Part shown: positions 1 through 11,996 of the stretch, in pieces
How the letters are laid out: the number at the start of each line of letters is the position of its first letter
Numbering within the stretch: the stretch's first letter is position 1
DNA from: Octopus vulgaris
Lineage: Eukaryota
Direction: 5' to 3'
Length of the DNA stretch: 64,000 bases
Assembly: GCA_951406725.2 (NCBI GenBank)
Contig: OX597825.1
Location: 13,888,001-13,952,000 of the forward strand
Made by a program: the position numbers and the translations under genes
Notes under the pieces: model-generated
The model's input: the letters and a program-made list of their open reading frames with translations, nothing else
Told to the model about the DNA's origin: nothing
The model's database searches: none

Positions 1-1165
1 GATCCTATTATTCAAGAAATAGCCCCAAAACATGACACCTGTGAATCGTATCCAAAATGCATCAAATAAACATTTCCTTTGTTTGAAATAAACTGAGTCG
101 TGGTAGCATTTTTCATTGTTCGTTTTTGTATTTAGTTTGCAAGATTCTTGATGTAAACTTAGGTGTTGAAACATATTTTGTTGTATCTTGGGAGGGTCAT
201 TATGCCAATAATAAACACATGCACTGGTTATCTTTCACTTCTTAAGAGAATAAAGAATTCCAACCACATCCAATTTTGACCCCTACTCCTCTACCGATTC
301 CAATGTGGCGGGGCCCCACCTTTTGGAGGTGTCTTCTGCTCTGGTGTTGAGTGCATTTTTTTCGTCACCCAGGTGGTTCTAGCAACAACCATGCTCATGC
401 TAAAAAAGTGTTTTTATGTGTTACTTGCACAGGAGCCAGTCCAGTGGCACTGGCAACGACCACACTCAAATGCTGTTTTTCACATGTCGCTGGCACATGT
501 GCCAGTAAGGCGACACTGACAACGGTCACACTCAAATAGTGCATACTTACGACATAAATATTAGAATCATTTTAATTCACCGTAAAGCATTCATCATATA
601 TTTCTGGTCATGATTTAGTCTTAGAAAATCAATATACCTCAGGCATATTACCTTTGTTCTGAAGACAGGCGTTTGTTGAGGAACTTCTGGCTGCTATATC
701 GATCAGGTTATTTGTTTGTGGATGTAAGTCTGGTTAGAACATACAACGAGATTGCATATGAATACAAAAATTAATAAAGCAGCAATAATAGATAAAAGCA
801 ACTAACACTATGTTCCAAGTGTATTTTTCTCCCATTCCATTACATAATCAGAAGAAATGTTAAATTCAATATTAACAAAAACATCAATCAATAAAAACAA
901 AGGAAATGTTTTTTCTACATATGTGATAAATATCTTAATATATTTTACACTCCTATTATAGCCATCAATATCTGGAAAAAACCAAAAAAAAAAAAACGTT
1001 GCTGTCTACCTCTGCTAAAATCTATTTCTATCCTGTTTCATTTTTCACGTGACTCTTCATATTTCTTATGTAACTCTAGGCTTTCCCCAGCATATGATAT
1101 ATGAAATACAGCCAGGTTTATACACTTCACTGACATATAATTTGCTAACATAGCAACATTTATTT

Positions 1166-1436
1166 TATATTTAAGAGACAAGGAATTATGTACATTATAT
1201 ACATTATTTATATTATTTATATTTGACGGATATTTGTCCTCATCTTGTTTGTTGTTAACTCAACAGTTTGGCTTATATACCCTCCAGCCTTCATCGGGTG
1301 TCTTGGGGAAATTTTGAACCTGGGTTCTCATTCCTAAGGTATTTTTCGATGTTATTATTATTCAGGTCACTGCCTGGAATCAAACTCGGAATCTTGGGGT
1401 TAGTAGCCGTGCTCTTAACCACTATGCCATATGCCC
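1166..1436 (-). mobile_element. tRNA-headed, hammerhead-bearing short retroelement (family A), degenerate ribozyme copy
   Basis: Minus strand reads: tRNA-like head (TGGCATAGTGGTTAAGAGC...GAGTTTGATTCC), (TAA)n, body, mutated HHR core at 1257-1302, then tail ...GTACATAATTCCTTGTCTCTTAAATA. Matches copies at ~5880, ~22125 and ~48870. Confidence 0.75.
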
Positions 1437-1493
1437 ACGGTTAAGAGTGCTGGCTACTAACCCCAAGATTCCAAGTTTGATTCCAGGCAGTGA

Positions 1494-1529
<36 letters not shown>

Positions 1530-1576
1530 CATTAAAAAATACCTTAGGAATTAGAACTGAGGTTCGAAATTTCCTC
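1305..1576. repeat. Fold-back inverted duplication of the family A element
   Basis: 1305-1420 is the reverse complement of 1439-1576, apart from substitutions and a longer TAA tract. The spacer is 18 nt. Confidence 0.9.
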
Positions 1577-1581
1577 CTTAT

Positions 1582-1727
1582 ATCAACCCCAGCATATAAT
1601 TTATCGGCCCCGAAAGGATGAAAAGCAAAGTCGACCTCAGCGGAATTTGAACTCAGAACGTAACGGCATACAAAATATGGCTACGCATCTCGCCCGGCGT
1701 GCTAACGTTTCTGCCAACTCACCGCCA
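1582..1727 (-). mobile_element. tRNA-derived SINE with Deu/Nin-like central domain (partial)
   Basis: Reverse complement contains GTTCAAATTCCGCTGAGGTCGACTTTGCTTTTCATCCTTTCGGGG. Many copies occur in the window. Confidence 0.7.
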
Positions 1728-2243
1728 TCAGGAGTAGGGTATCACCAACAAATGGTGGATGCTGTGTAACACTGTTGTAGTGCATTCACCCATACAGTAC
1801 AGTTTATTTATTTGGTGATGTTGTTCTCGAGATACCTCAAGCTTGTTTCATAAACTGACAACGATTTTATCTGTGCCAACAACAGCAACAACTAGAATAT
1901 GATTCTTGAGTGATACCTAACTAGTAATCAATAATGTGAACTGAAAATAAATCAATGTTAAAATAATCGATGATGGAACATTTCCATTAATTGTTTTGGC
2001 TTGTCTGAGACAAAGTATCTAAAGTAAAGAACTGCTATCCTAGCATCTACAACTTATATGGATCATACATAGGACAAAGGAATCATCGTATTGGACAACT
2101 AAACCAATATTTTGGGTCAAGCAATTCCAATAACGTGATTCTTGTCTCAGATATCTGACCCAGACAGTGTTGACAAGTGATTAAATTGCAGTAAACTAAC
2201 GAAGTTCTTTCTATTGCGATCATTGATCTCAAAAATATTCAGA

Positions 2244-2828
2244 CAGGAGTGGCTGTGTGCTAAGTAGCTTGCTTAACCAACCATATGATTCCGGGTTCAG
2301 TCCCACTGCGTGGCATCTTGGGCAAGTGTCTTCTACTATAGCCTCGGGCCGGCCAAAGCCTTGTAAGTGGATTTGGTAGATGGAAACTGAAAGAAGCCCG
2401 TCGTATATATGTATATATATACATATATATAGCTGTGTGGTAAGTAGCTTACTTACCAACCACAAAGTTCCGGGTTCAGTCCCACTGCGTGGCACATTGA
2501 ACAAGTGTCTTCTACTATTGCCTCGGGCCAACCAAAACCTTGTGAGTGGATTTGGTAGATGGAAACTGAAAGAAGCCTGTCGTATATGTGTATATATATA
2601 CGTATGTGTGTGTATATGTTGATGTGTCTATGTTTGTCCCCCTAGCATTGCTTGACAACTGATGCTGGTGTGTTTACATCCCCGTCACTTAGTGGCTCGG
2701 CAAAAGAGACCGATAGAATAAGTACTGGGCTTACAAAGAATAGGTCTTGGGGTTGATTTGCTCGACTAAAGGCGGTGTTCCAGCATGGCCGCAGTCAAAT
2801 GACGGAAACAAATAAAAGAGTAAAAGAG
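2244..2828 (+). mobile_element. Abundant tRNA-derived SINE (family S1) with tandemly duplicated head
   Basis: Head GGAGTGGCTGTGTGGTAAG...CCGGGTTCAGTCCC occurs twice (2244 and ~2432), followed by an internal (TA/TG)n and tail ...GAAACAAATAAAAGAGTAAAAGAG. More than 10 copies in the window. Confidence 0.85.
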
Positions 2829-2878
2829 ACAAAACACTGTTAAACAGCCAATTGGCAGATTATTGTATATAATTAATT

Positions 2879-3260
2879 CATCCATCCATCCATCCATCCA
2901 CCAAGTTTTGCATTCACTGTTCCTGAGAGGGTTGTTTGGGTAGCGTCTTCATGCATTTTCTCTTAAGGAGTGAATCAGAAGCAACTGCTGCTACACATTT
3001 TCTGCTGGATTCCCAAGCCTGATAGTTTGAAACTATGGATATCATCCAGCCATTTCATTCTTGGTTTATTTCTAGATCTCTTGTGCATTGGTTCGACTTA
3101 AATAATCCATTTTGTGATTCTTCCCAGCTGCATTCTAACCACATGTCTGAGACTACTAAATGTAGAGAAGCAGTGGCTCGACCTGAGACATTCCTTGATT
3201 TCCAAGATATTCACCTTCTTGAGTAACTTTATTCCAGAGATCCTTTGCTATTTATTATGT
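2879..3260 (-). mobile_element. Old RTE-clade (Expander-like) LINE 3' fragment
   Basis: Minus-strand translation with disruptions: QRISGIKLLKKVNILEIKECL..VEPLLLYI..RHVVRMQLGRITKWII..KRSRNKPRMKWLDDI..SGLGIQ. Ends in a (GGAT)n tail at 2879-2900. Confidence 0.72.
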
Positions 3261-3861
3261 AATTTGTGGAGACTGGCATGCCGAAAAGCAGGCCCAATAT
3301 TTCCTTTGAGTGCCTTAAAAGGTAACTAAAAGAGGTTGGGGTAGGATGTGCGCTTCACCCTTGTAAAACCCTTGCCAGCAATGACTACTCAAAAATAGAC
3401 CCACTTATTCGTGATCATACTCTTTCAACCATTACTTAACATCTATATGACATTAGAAGAGGACAAGCATGGAATCAGAATTAAAGATAGCAAGTTAGGC
3501 ATTTTTTACCAACCTCTTTTCTTCTAAGGAAAAAAATGCTGAAATGGTACATTACTCAACCAGTAACTGCAATTCTAGTGTCTGATTCTAAATTATTTTA
3601 GTGGCAGTGGTAATAAAAGTCATAGCAGTAATCATCATCATCAACGTTTAATGTCCGCTTTCCAAGCTAGTATGGGTTGGACGATTTTGACTGAGGGCTG
3701 GTGAACCAGATGGCTGCACCAGGCTCCAATCTTGATTTGGCAGAATTTCTACAGCTGGATGCCCTTCCTAACGTCAACCACTCCGAGAGTGTAGTGGGTG
3801 CTTTTTACGTGCCACCGGCAGTAATGCTGATAAATTGCTTTTTGTAGAAGATTTCTAAAAT

Positions 3862-4497
3862 TCAGAAAAGCATTTTCTAAATACATTTCTCTCGGTACCT
3901 TTTTAATATCAGTCTGCACTGCATACCACATCACTACAATAAGTGCTTACAGGTGTTAAATTCTTATACCAAACAGGTAAATCTTATCTGTATTTTCTCC
4001 CACTCATTCATATAAAAAGACATTTATTATTATCATTGATTTGACTCAGGTTCGAACTTATTCCTGGTAGGACTTATGTGGATAGCAGGTTACCACTACC
4101 TGTGACCTTAAGTCTCCACAAGCTTTCAATAGTCTTTCAAATGCTTAAAAAAACCTTCCTGATAATCTTTGCTGTTCCAAAGAGACAAACTTTCCATAGA
4201 AGCTCTACAGCACATTCTATTCCAACCTCCTTCAACTTTTTTTCTATATCTTTGCCTACGGTTCCCAATGCACCGATTATTACAGGTACAACATTTACAC
4301 TTTCCATTCACCTTCTCATAGTCATAAAAGTATTTACTAAATGCATTTTTCTCGGTACTTTTCTTCATGTCAGTCTGCACCGTGCACCAAATCACTACAA
4401 TAAGTGCTTACAGGTGTTAAACTCTTATGCCAAACAGGTAAATCTAATCTGCATTTTTACCCATTCACACATATAAAAACACATTTATTATCATCAT
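3862..4497 (+). repeat. ~175-bp direct repeats (3862-4036 and 4322-4497) flanking the Dong/R4 fragment
   Basis: Hand alignment gives about 85% identity, including the identical core ATCACTACAATAAGTGCTTACAGGTGTTAAA. Confidence 0.9.
4037..4321 (-). mobile_element. Dong/R4-clade (RLE) non-LTR retrotransposon 3' fragment
   Basis: Minus frame gives VNVVPVIIGALGTVGKDIEKKLKEVGIECAVELLWKVCLFGTAKIIRKV, a typical RLE C-terminus. A 3' UTR follows and ends at a TAA tract. Confidence 0.8.
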
Positions 4498-4505
4498 CAT
4501 AATTA

Positions 4506-4590
<85 letters not shown>

Positions 4591-5347
4591 GTAAGCATTC
4601 TCCTATCGCTGTATAAATGTTTTGAAACTCTAAGAATGGAAGTTATCCAAGACCTATCCATTCTGTATCTTATCAGCAGGTTATTAGGAACTATTTTATT
4701 TTGGCCTGCATTAAAAGTTTTTGGTTTTGAATAAGATATTTGTTGGCTTAAAATTACTTACTCCCACCTTTATATTAACAGAAAAGGAAATCGAGAATCG
4801 AAAATAGTGAATATATGCAAGATAAGATGGATAAATAAATAAAGAGGAAATGACTAATCAATTGTCAGGAGGAAAAGTTAAAAAATTTTTTTTTACTTTC
4901 ACTTTCTCTTTGACTGAATCTGTATCCACATCTGTACATACACGTCTTCCATACTCGAGATTTTATTAAAAGAATACCAAAAGCATCTCGTTATCGAGAC
5001 AGTGTTAGCGCTAACGTACATGAATGTCCGTCTGTCTGTGTGTGTGTGTGGGAGAGAACGAGAGAGAGAGAGAGAGAGAGGTGGAACGGTGTGTGGGAGG
5101 AGATGTCTAATAAGGAATGTAGGTGAGCTGCGTGAAAAACCTCTTAAACGTAGACTAGGTAAAACATAGATTAACTGAAATCTTCAGTGGATAATAAAGT
5201 ATTAATGGAGATTATTCTGATAGAAGTGTTCACAATAACTGCAGGCTTATGGAAAGGAAGTAAAGAAAGATAATTAAAAACCGAAAAAAAAAAGAAAAAA
5301 GTGTTCTCAAGGCTTTATTTCTTCTCTTTCCTTTCCTTTCTACGTTT

Positions 5348-5405
<58 letters not shown>

Positions 5406-5879
5406 CATCATCATCATTTTCTTTCTCTATTTTGATAATTTATTCCACTAAAAGCTGATTATCACTAATAATTCTGTTCAATGCTATTTTTGTATTTCTT
5501 TACAATCCTTAAGTCATTTCGCTTGAATCTCTGCCAAACATAAAAAAAAACTAAACAAACAAACAAACAAATACCAAAAATTATATATATTTCTTTTTTT
5601 TTTCGTTCTCTTTTTTTATTTCTTATTTTTTTCTTCATCATTAAATTTAATTTCCTTTGAAATCTAATGGATAGAATTTCAACGTTTGGCCGGCCCAAAG
5701 GTTGAAGTATTAATTCTATATTAGAAATTTTTCAGCTGAATGATATAGTTACTCTGTAGTAGAGGATTCTATTCTACAGAATTGGTTAAATGACAAGCTG
5801 TTCAGTGAACCATAATTCTGATTTCGATGCCTGTGATATCTATATCATTTTTCTATGGCCGTTAAACACATATAAATGC

Positions 5880-6593
5880 ATTTACATTATTTACATTTGA
5901 TGGATATTTGTCCTCATCTTGTTTGTTGTTAAAACAAAAATTTCGGCTGATATACCCTCCAGCCTTCATCAGGTGTCTTGGTTCTAATTCCTAAGGTATT
6001 TTTCAATGTTATTATTATTATTATTATTATTGTGTGAGAGAGCAGTGCATGCCATCAAAGTGACACTGCGGTAAAATATACAAAGCCCAGTATACCCATC
6101 ATGACTACCTGTCTGATAAGAGTTCACTAGGCACAGGCATCACAACCATATGTGTGCGACATGGTGATCTCATATCAAGATAAACAGCATATGACCTTGC
6201 AGGTGGGGCCCAGTTAGAATTTTCTTCTGGTCAAGTAGCACATTCCGCTCAAAAGGAGCCTGAATAAGGATTGTTTAAGGATGTTGAACGAAACACCCAT
6301 GTTTCCAGAGGTGAATTATCCAAACCTCTAAGAATTCCTTTCAACACACGGCTATGATGCTCCCCCACTACTTCTCCTCGTGATCAGAGATGCACATATC
6401 GTCAGCCACTAAGGGACAGGTCAACTGACAAACAAACTGACAAACAAATCTGTGGTATTGAGCAGAATATTTGCTGTAGCCCATCTTTTATACCAAGACA
6501 AAACAATGTACATGATAACACTTCCAATCAGTTAAGATCAGAAGCCGTGAGAGCCACTGCCTGGTACTGCATCAGGGCATCTATTATTATTAA

Positions 6594-6664
<71 letters not shown>

Positions 6665-6742
6665 GTATTAGTATTATTCAGGCCACTGCCTGGAATGTAA
6701 ATAATGTACATAATTCCTCATCTCTTAAATATAGAACTGTAT
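5880..6742 (-). mobile_element. Family A element interrupted by an S4 insertion, with an inverted copy of its tail
   Basis: HHR core at 5931-5977 and body to ~6030. The element resumes at 6676-6696. The tail sequence is in the opposite orientation at 6694-6742. Confidence 0.7.
6031..6582. mobile_element. ~550-bp non-coding interspersed element (family S4) embedded in (TTA)n
   Basis: Highly similar to 23569-24074 and partly to 29299-29475. The two long copies have (TTA)n on both sides; the partial copy ends in (TTA)n. Confidence 0.8.
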
Positions 6743-7439
6743 AAATGCATTTAGCTTCAGTTTTGACAACTGATGTTGGTGTGTTTACATCCCTGTAACT
6801 TAACGGTTCAGAAAAAGAGACCAATAGAATAAGCACTAGGCTTACAAAGAATAAGTCCTGGGGTTTGATTTGCTCGACTAAAGGCGGTGCTCCAGCAAGG
6901 CCACAGCCAAATGACTGAAACAAGTAAAAGAATAATCTTAAACTTTCTTCAAAAGTCATTGCCCTGTGTCTGTGTCCTCATTAGCAGAAGATGTTAATCT
7001 AATTTTCTCTCCACTTTATGATGACACTTCATTTACCTTTCATATATCCATCTCTGTCTTGTGTCTTCATCCATGCAAACAACATGAATGCTACTACAAG
7101 CAACACCTGAGCACATTTCTAGTAGCCTTTTGTTAGCTGCTTAAGTCTGACTTTCTGAATTGCATTACAGATCTCTGGATTGTATACACAAGTCGCACAA
7201 TTATATCTGGATGCCATTAAAAGATTTTCAGGCCAAAACAGTTTCACACTAATACACTGGCAGAACTAATCACATAGAATTGATCTGATATTATGTCCAT
7301 CAGTATTCCCAGTGCCACTATTATTGGTTATTGATATTGCTTACATTGGTAAATGACCTCATAAATATAGAAGGAGAGATGTATTATTTGATTGTATCAC
7401 TCTTAGTGATTTGAAGAAATATATATAAAACGATATGTG

Positions 7440-7806
7440 TGATAGGGTGTTAAGAAGTTCGCTTCCTAAACATGTTCAGTACCACTGCATGGCACCTTGG
7501 GTGAATAATTTCCACTTTGGCCTTGGGCCGACCAAAAGCCTTGTGAGTAGATTTGGTAGATAGGAGCTGAAAGAAGACCATCACATGTGTGTGTGTGTCT
7601 GTGTGTATGTGTGTATGTGTATATGAGTGTGTTTGTCTGTGTTTACGTCCCCATAACTTAGCTGTTTGGTGAAAGAGAATGATAGAATAAGTACCAGGCT
7701 TAAAATAAGAGTACTGGGGTTGATCCATCTGACTAAAAATTCTTCATGGTGGTGCTCCAGCATGGCCACAGCCTAATGACTGAAACAAGTAAAAGATAAA
7801 AGATAA
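7440..7806 (+). mobile_element. S1-related SINE, diverged
   Basis: Contains GGCACCTTGGG..CCGACCAAAAGCCTTGTGAG and tail GACTGAAACAAGTAAAAGATAAAAG. Confidence 0.75.
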
Positions 7807-8328
7807 AGCTTTCTACTGCATATTGTTTCAGCCATGTTCTAATATTTTAGCCAGTGTTCATTATTTCATCACATTTATTACTATTGCTACAGATATTGAT
7901 GATGATAAGGATGATGAATCTGATAAAGATGAAAATACACAAATTCCAGTCAAACAGCAAACACAAAATGTGTGGAAAAGTGCACAAAAGAATTAAGTAT
8001 CTGCTAAGTGAGTCCAGTAAGCTTGTCCATAAAAGAAGATAAAAGAGTGTGTTGTAATGCTAGTCAAGTTTGTGGTGTGAACTCAAAATGAGCAAATTTA
8101 TCATTAAGCGCTGATTAGCAATTTGATTTTCTTGTAATTAGGACATTTGATCCCCTGTCTGTGAAAGAGGCCCAGCATGCTCATTTAATTTGCTTATAAT
8201 TAGTAATTAAATCTCCATAAATATTTTATTCTGCCTTCAAATCTCATAATAATGATAAAAATCATTAAGGTTTCTTATTGAGGCATATTGACACAAATTA
8301 TACCCTAGGGAGAAATTTGAGGGAAACG

Positions 8329-8448
8329 TTTACTGGTAGGACATGAATTATACACGAGGGAGCTGTTAGATCAATCCCTGAACTTTACTGGTAGGACATG
8401 AATTATACTCAAGGGAGCTGTTAGATCAATCCCTGTACTTTACTGGTA
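8329..8448 (+). repeat. 55-bp tandem duplication (2.2 units)
   Basis: TTTACTGGTAGGACATGAATTATAC...GATCAATCCCTG starts at 8329 and 8384, with a partial third unit at 8439. Confidence 0.9.
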
Positions 8449-8699
8449 CTTGTTTGGCTGATTCTAAAAGGAAGGCAAAATTAGCCTCAGAATGTTAAGG
8501 TATTAAATGCAGGATAGTATCTGGTTTTGTGTTCTATAGAGAACATCTATAGCCATTATGAATAATAGTCAATTCTAACATTGGCACGAGTTTAGAAACA
8601 TAGAGATAGGTGTGTATTGATTAAACCAATCCTATTATTTAACATTTACTTATAATATTGATCTCAGACAAGTGAATGATATGTTTGCAACCTTAGAAC

Positions 8700-8736
<37 letters not shown>

Positions 8737-9726
8737 TATCATACATCCGTTTTCCATGCTAGCATAGGTTGGACGGTTCGACTGGGGTCTGGGAAGCCAG
8801 GAGGCTGCACCAGGCTCCAGTCTGATCTGGCAGTGTTTCTGTAGCCAGATGCCCTTCCTAACGCCAACCACTCTGTGAGTGTAGTGGGTGCTTTTTTACA
8901 TGCCACCTGCACAGGTGCCAGGTGAGGCGGCAACTCGAACTTGGAAAATTTGATACTCAATTGGTTCTGTTATCAGGCATTTGTAACGATGATGATGATT
9001 TGATTTATTAGAGCCTTTAGAACTTGAAATATTGGTATTTCCCTGCAATGGAATTCAAATAATGTTTGCAGGCAAGCTAAGCTGGGGGAACCAATTTGTA
9101 TGCAAATGGCAAATATTTAGATCTGTCGCTGTTAAGCAGCACAAATTCCACAGAAACCCTGTTTTCCGATTCCTTTCCTCTCTCTTTTTTTTTCTTTCAT
9201 TTATTATCAATAACTTTGCAACAGACAAGAATTGATAATAAAATTCAAAGAGAATGCCTTGAGTTTAACTATGTATTGTTAATTAATAGCATTACGCACC
9301 TCGTTAACAATGAAAATCAAGCTATCTATTCTAAACATACAGAAAGGAAATTCAGATTTCCAGAATGTGTGATGTTAATTACAAATAGGTGTAAACACGT
9401 GAAGAGTCTTTGATAAGCATTAACTCAAGGGTATGTATTGGTAAATATCTAGTGGAATAATGTAAATTACAAGGAACCCTAAAGTTACATTGTATATCGT
9501 TAGAAGAATTAATGAAGGTATAATATAAATATTTGTCAATATTAATACTAGTGTTTAAAACAGAGGTCAGTAACATCTATGGTGTTGGTTCAATTAATCA
9601 TTATTAAATTATTTGAAAAAGGAGCAAAGTGGAAATAAATAACAGAGGCTGGATTAAGATCCATTGAAGCCCTACACACTTAAAGGATTTTGGTGACGCC
9701 ATATATATGTATATATATGTATAAAA

Positions 9727-9955
9727 GGCGGTGAGCTGGCAGAAACGTTAGCACACTGGGCGAAATGCTTAGCGGTATTTCGTCTGTCGTTACGTTGTGA
9801 GTTCAAATTCCGCCGAGGTCGACTTTGCCTTTCATCCTTTTGGGGTTGATAAATTAAGTACCAGTTACCCACTGGGGTCGATGTAATTGACTTAATCCCT
9901 TTGTCTGTCCTTGTTTGTCCCCCCTATGTTTAGCCCCTTGTGGGTAGTAAAGAAA
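9727..9955 (+). mobile_element. Full-length Deu/Nin-domain tRNA SINE
   Basis: Head GGCGGTGAGCTGGCAGAAACGTTAG, B box GAGTTCAAATTCC, domain GTCGACTTTGCCTTTCATCCTTTTGGGGTTGATAAATTAAGTACCAG. Confidence 0.8.
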
Positions 9956-10269
9956 TACATATATATGTATTTCGAAATATAAACAGTAATAAACCATATA
10001 ATGAATTTTTGGTTTTTAAAATGAAACAAAACTTACAGTAAGACAGGAAATTTTGCTTATTTTTGTACACTTCCACTTTATTTATATTTGAAAAGATTTT
10101 TCCTAATTCTTTTTTAAATTACAAAGTCTTTGATCAGATCTTTACTATGATATCAGGAAGACTTCAAAGCCAAAGAACTCTTCGAAGTCAGTAAAGACTT
10201 CAAAACCAATGCTACCACAATGACTTGCTCAGAATTACTCCCCTTAATGTTAAAATAGCAAAGAATCTT

Positions 10270-10735
10270 TTCAACTCTAGGCACAAAGCCCGAAATTTTG
10301 GGGGAGAGGGCCTGTCAATTAGATCAACCCAAGTACTCAACTGGTACTTAATTTATTGACTCCGAAAGGATGAAAGGCAAAGTCGATCTCAGTGGAATTT
10401 GAACTCAGAACATAAAGACAGATGAAATACTTCTAAGCAGTTCACCCAGCGTGCTAATGTTTCTTATTTCTTTGCTGCCCACAAGGGGCTAAACATAGAA
10501 GGGACAAACAAGGACAGGCATACGGATTAAGTCAAATACATCGACCCCAGTGTGTAACTGGTAGTTAATTTATTGACCCTGAAAGGCAAAGTCGACCTCG
10601 GCGGAATTTGAACTCAGAACGTAACAGCAGAAGAAATATGGCTACGCATTTCACCCAGTGTGCTAACGTTTCTGCCAGCTCGCCACCTTATAAAGGCAAA
10701 GTCTACCTTGGCAGAATTTGAAAATAGCAAAATAA
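10270..10735 (-). mobile_element. Cluster of Deu/Nin-domain SINE copies
   Basis: GGCAAAGTCGA(T/C)CT....GGAATTTGAA occurs twice on + (10376, 10585), with a more diverged third copy at ~10694. Confidence 0.75.
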
Positions 10736-10782
10736 TGCTTTCAAATGGTATGGAGGTCGTTTTTGTTCCTGCTTGACCAGAT

Positions 10783-10943
10783 TTACCAGAAAGAAATCAA
10801 AAGAAAGGAAGACCAAAAACTACAAGGTGCAGAACATTCATAACCTATATGACTGGATGAAGAGAAAACTGTAAAGAAATAACGAACAGAAACCATTGGT
10901 ATCCACTTGCTGCCCAGTGTGCCCAAGAGTACAGGAGGAACTG
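10783..10943 (+). mobile_element. Ancient RTE LINE C-terminal relic
   Basis: Translation LPERNQKKGRPKTTRCRTF...NRNHWYPLAAQCAQEYRRN* (one internal stop) resembles the RTE GRPKxTWRRT...LAAQC end. Confidence 0.55.
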
Positions 10944-11594
10944 AACATGAATCCTCTACTGAGCTTTTGTTTCTATACCAATGAATTGAACTACAGAAAT
11001 AGATGCACTGTAATCTTACTCTCAAACTACCTAACAACCAAGATTTTTATGCCACTACGCAATATCTTCCAAGACAAGAAACTAGGGAAATATACTGTTG
11101 ACACCAACAGAATTTGATCATAAAACAGTAAGATGAGAAAGTACAATGAAGTGTCTTGTATAGAGCTCTTCTATAGCAGCCTTCTCTACTCTTTGAGATA
11201 AGAATAGATAAAAATCAGTGCTTAATTAAAAATGATTTTTTCCCCCCCTTTATTTTCAAGTCTAGCATTATCAATTTTGTTTCTGTTCCCAAATTAAAAA
11301 AATTTGGCAGAAATTTATTCATTGAAGTAATTACTGTTTTATTTTTATGTTTATAAAATTTCTTGAATTCAGAGTTCATTTGGAACATGACATTATGTAG
11401 AACCAGTTCCCTTTGATCACAATGAAAAATGTAGAAAATATTCATTGAAAATTCTTTGTTGAAAATTGGATTTGGTGCAATATAAATTTTAGGATGTTTT
11501 AATAATAGATAAACCTTTTTTGTGATTACTTGAGCAATTATTAAGTTTATAACCAAGAAATAAGGTTACAGAGAGTCAAATGTCTTCCTTTATC

Positions 11595-11996
11595 CTGTTA
11601 TCTTTTTATTTGCTTCTGTCACTAGACTGCGGCCATGCTGGGGCACCACCTTGAAGAAGTTTTAATCGAATGAATTAACCTTAGTACTTATTTCTTGTTA
11701 AGCCTGATACTTATTCTATCAGTCTCTTTTGCCAAACTGCTAAGTTATGGGCACATAAATATGCCAACACCAGTTGTCAAACAGACATGAAGACACACAC
11801 ACACACACACATACATACACACACACATACATATATATACGATGGGCTTCTTTCAGTTTCCATCTACCAGATCCACTCACAAGTCTTTGGTCGGCCCGAG
11901 ACTATAGTAGAAGACATTTGCCCAAGGTGTCAAGCAGTGGGACTGAACCCAGAACCAGGTGACTGGGATGCAAGCTTCTTACACAACCACGCTGGC
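11595..11996 (-). mobile_element. S1 SINE
   Basis: Reverse complement of the 2244 family, with an internal (CA)n. Confidence 0.8.
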
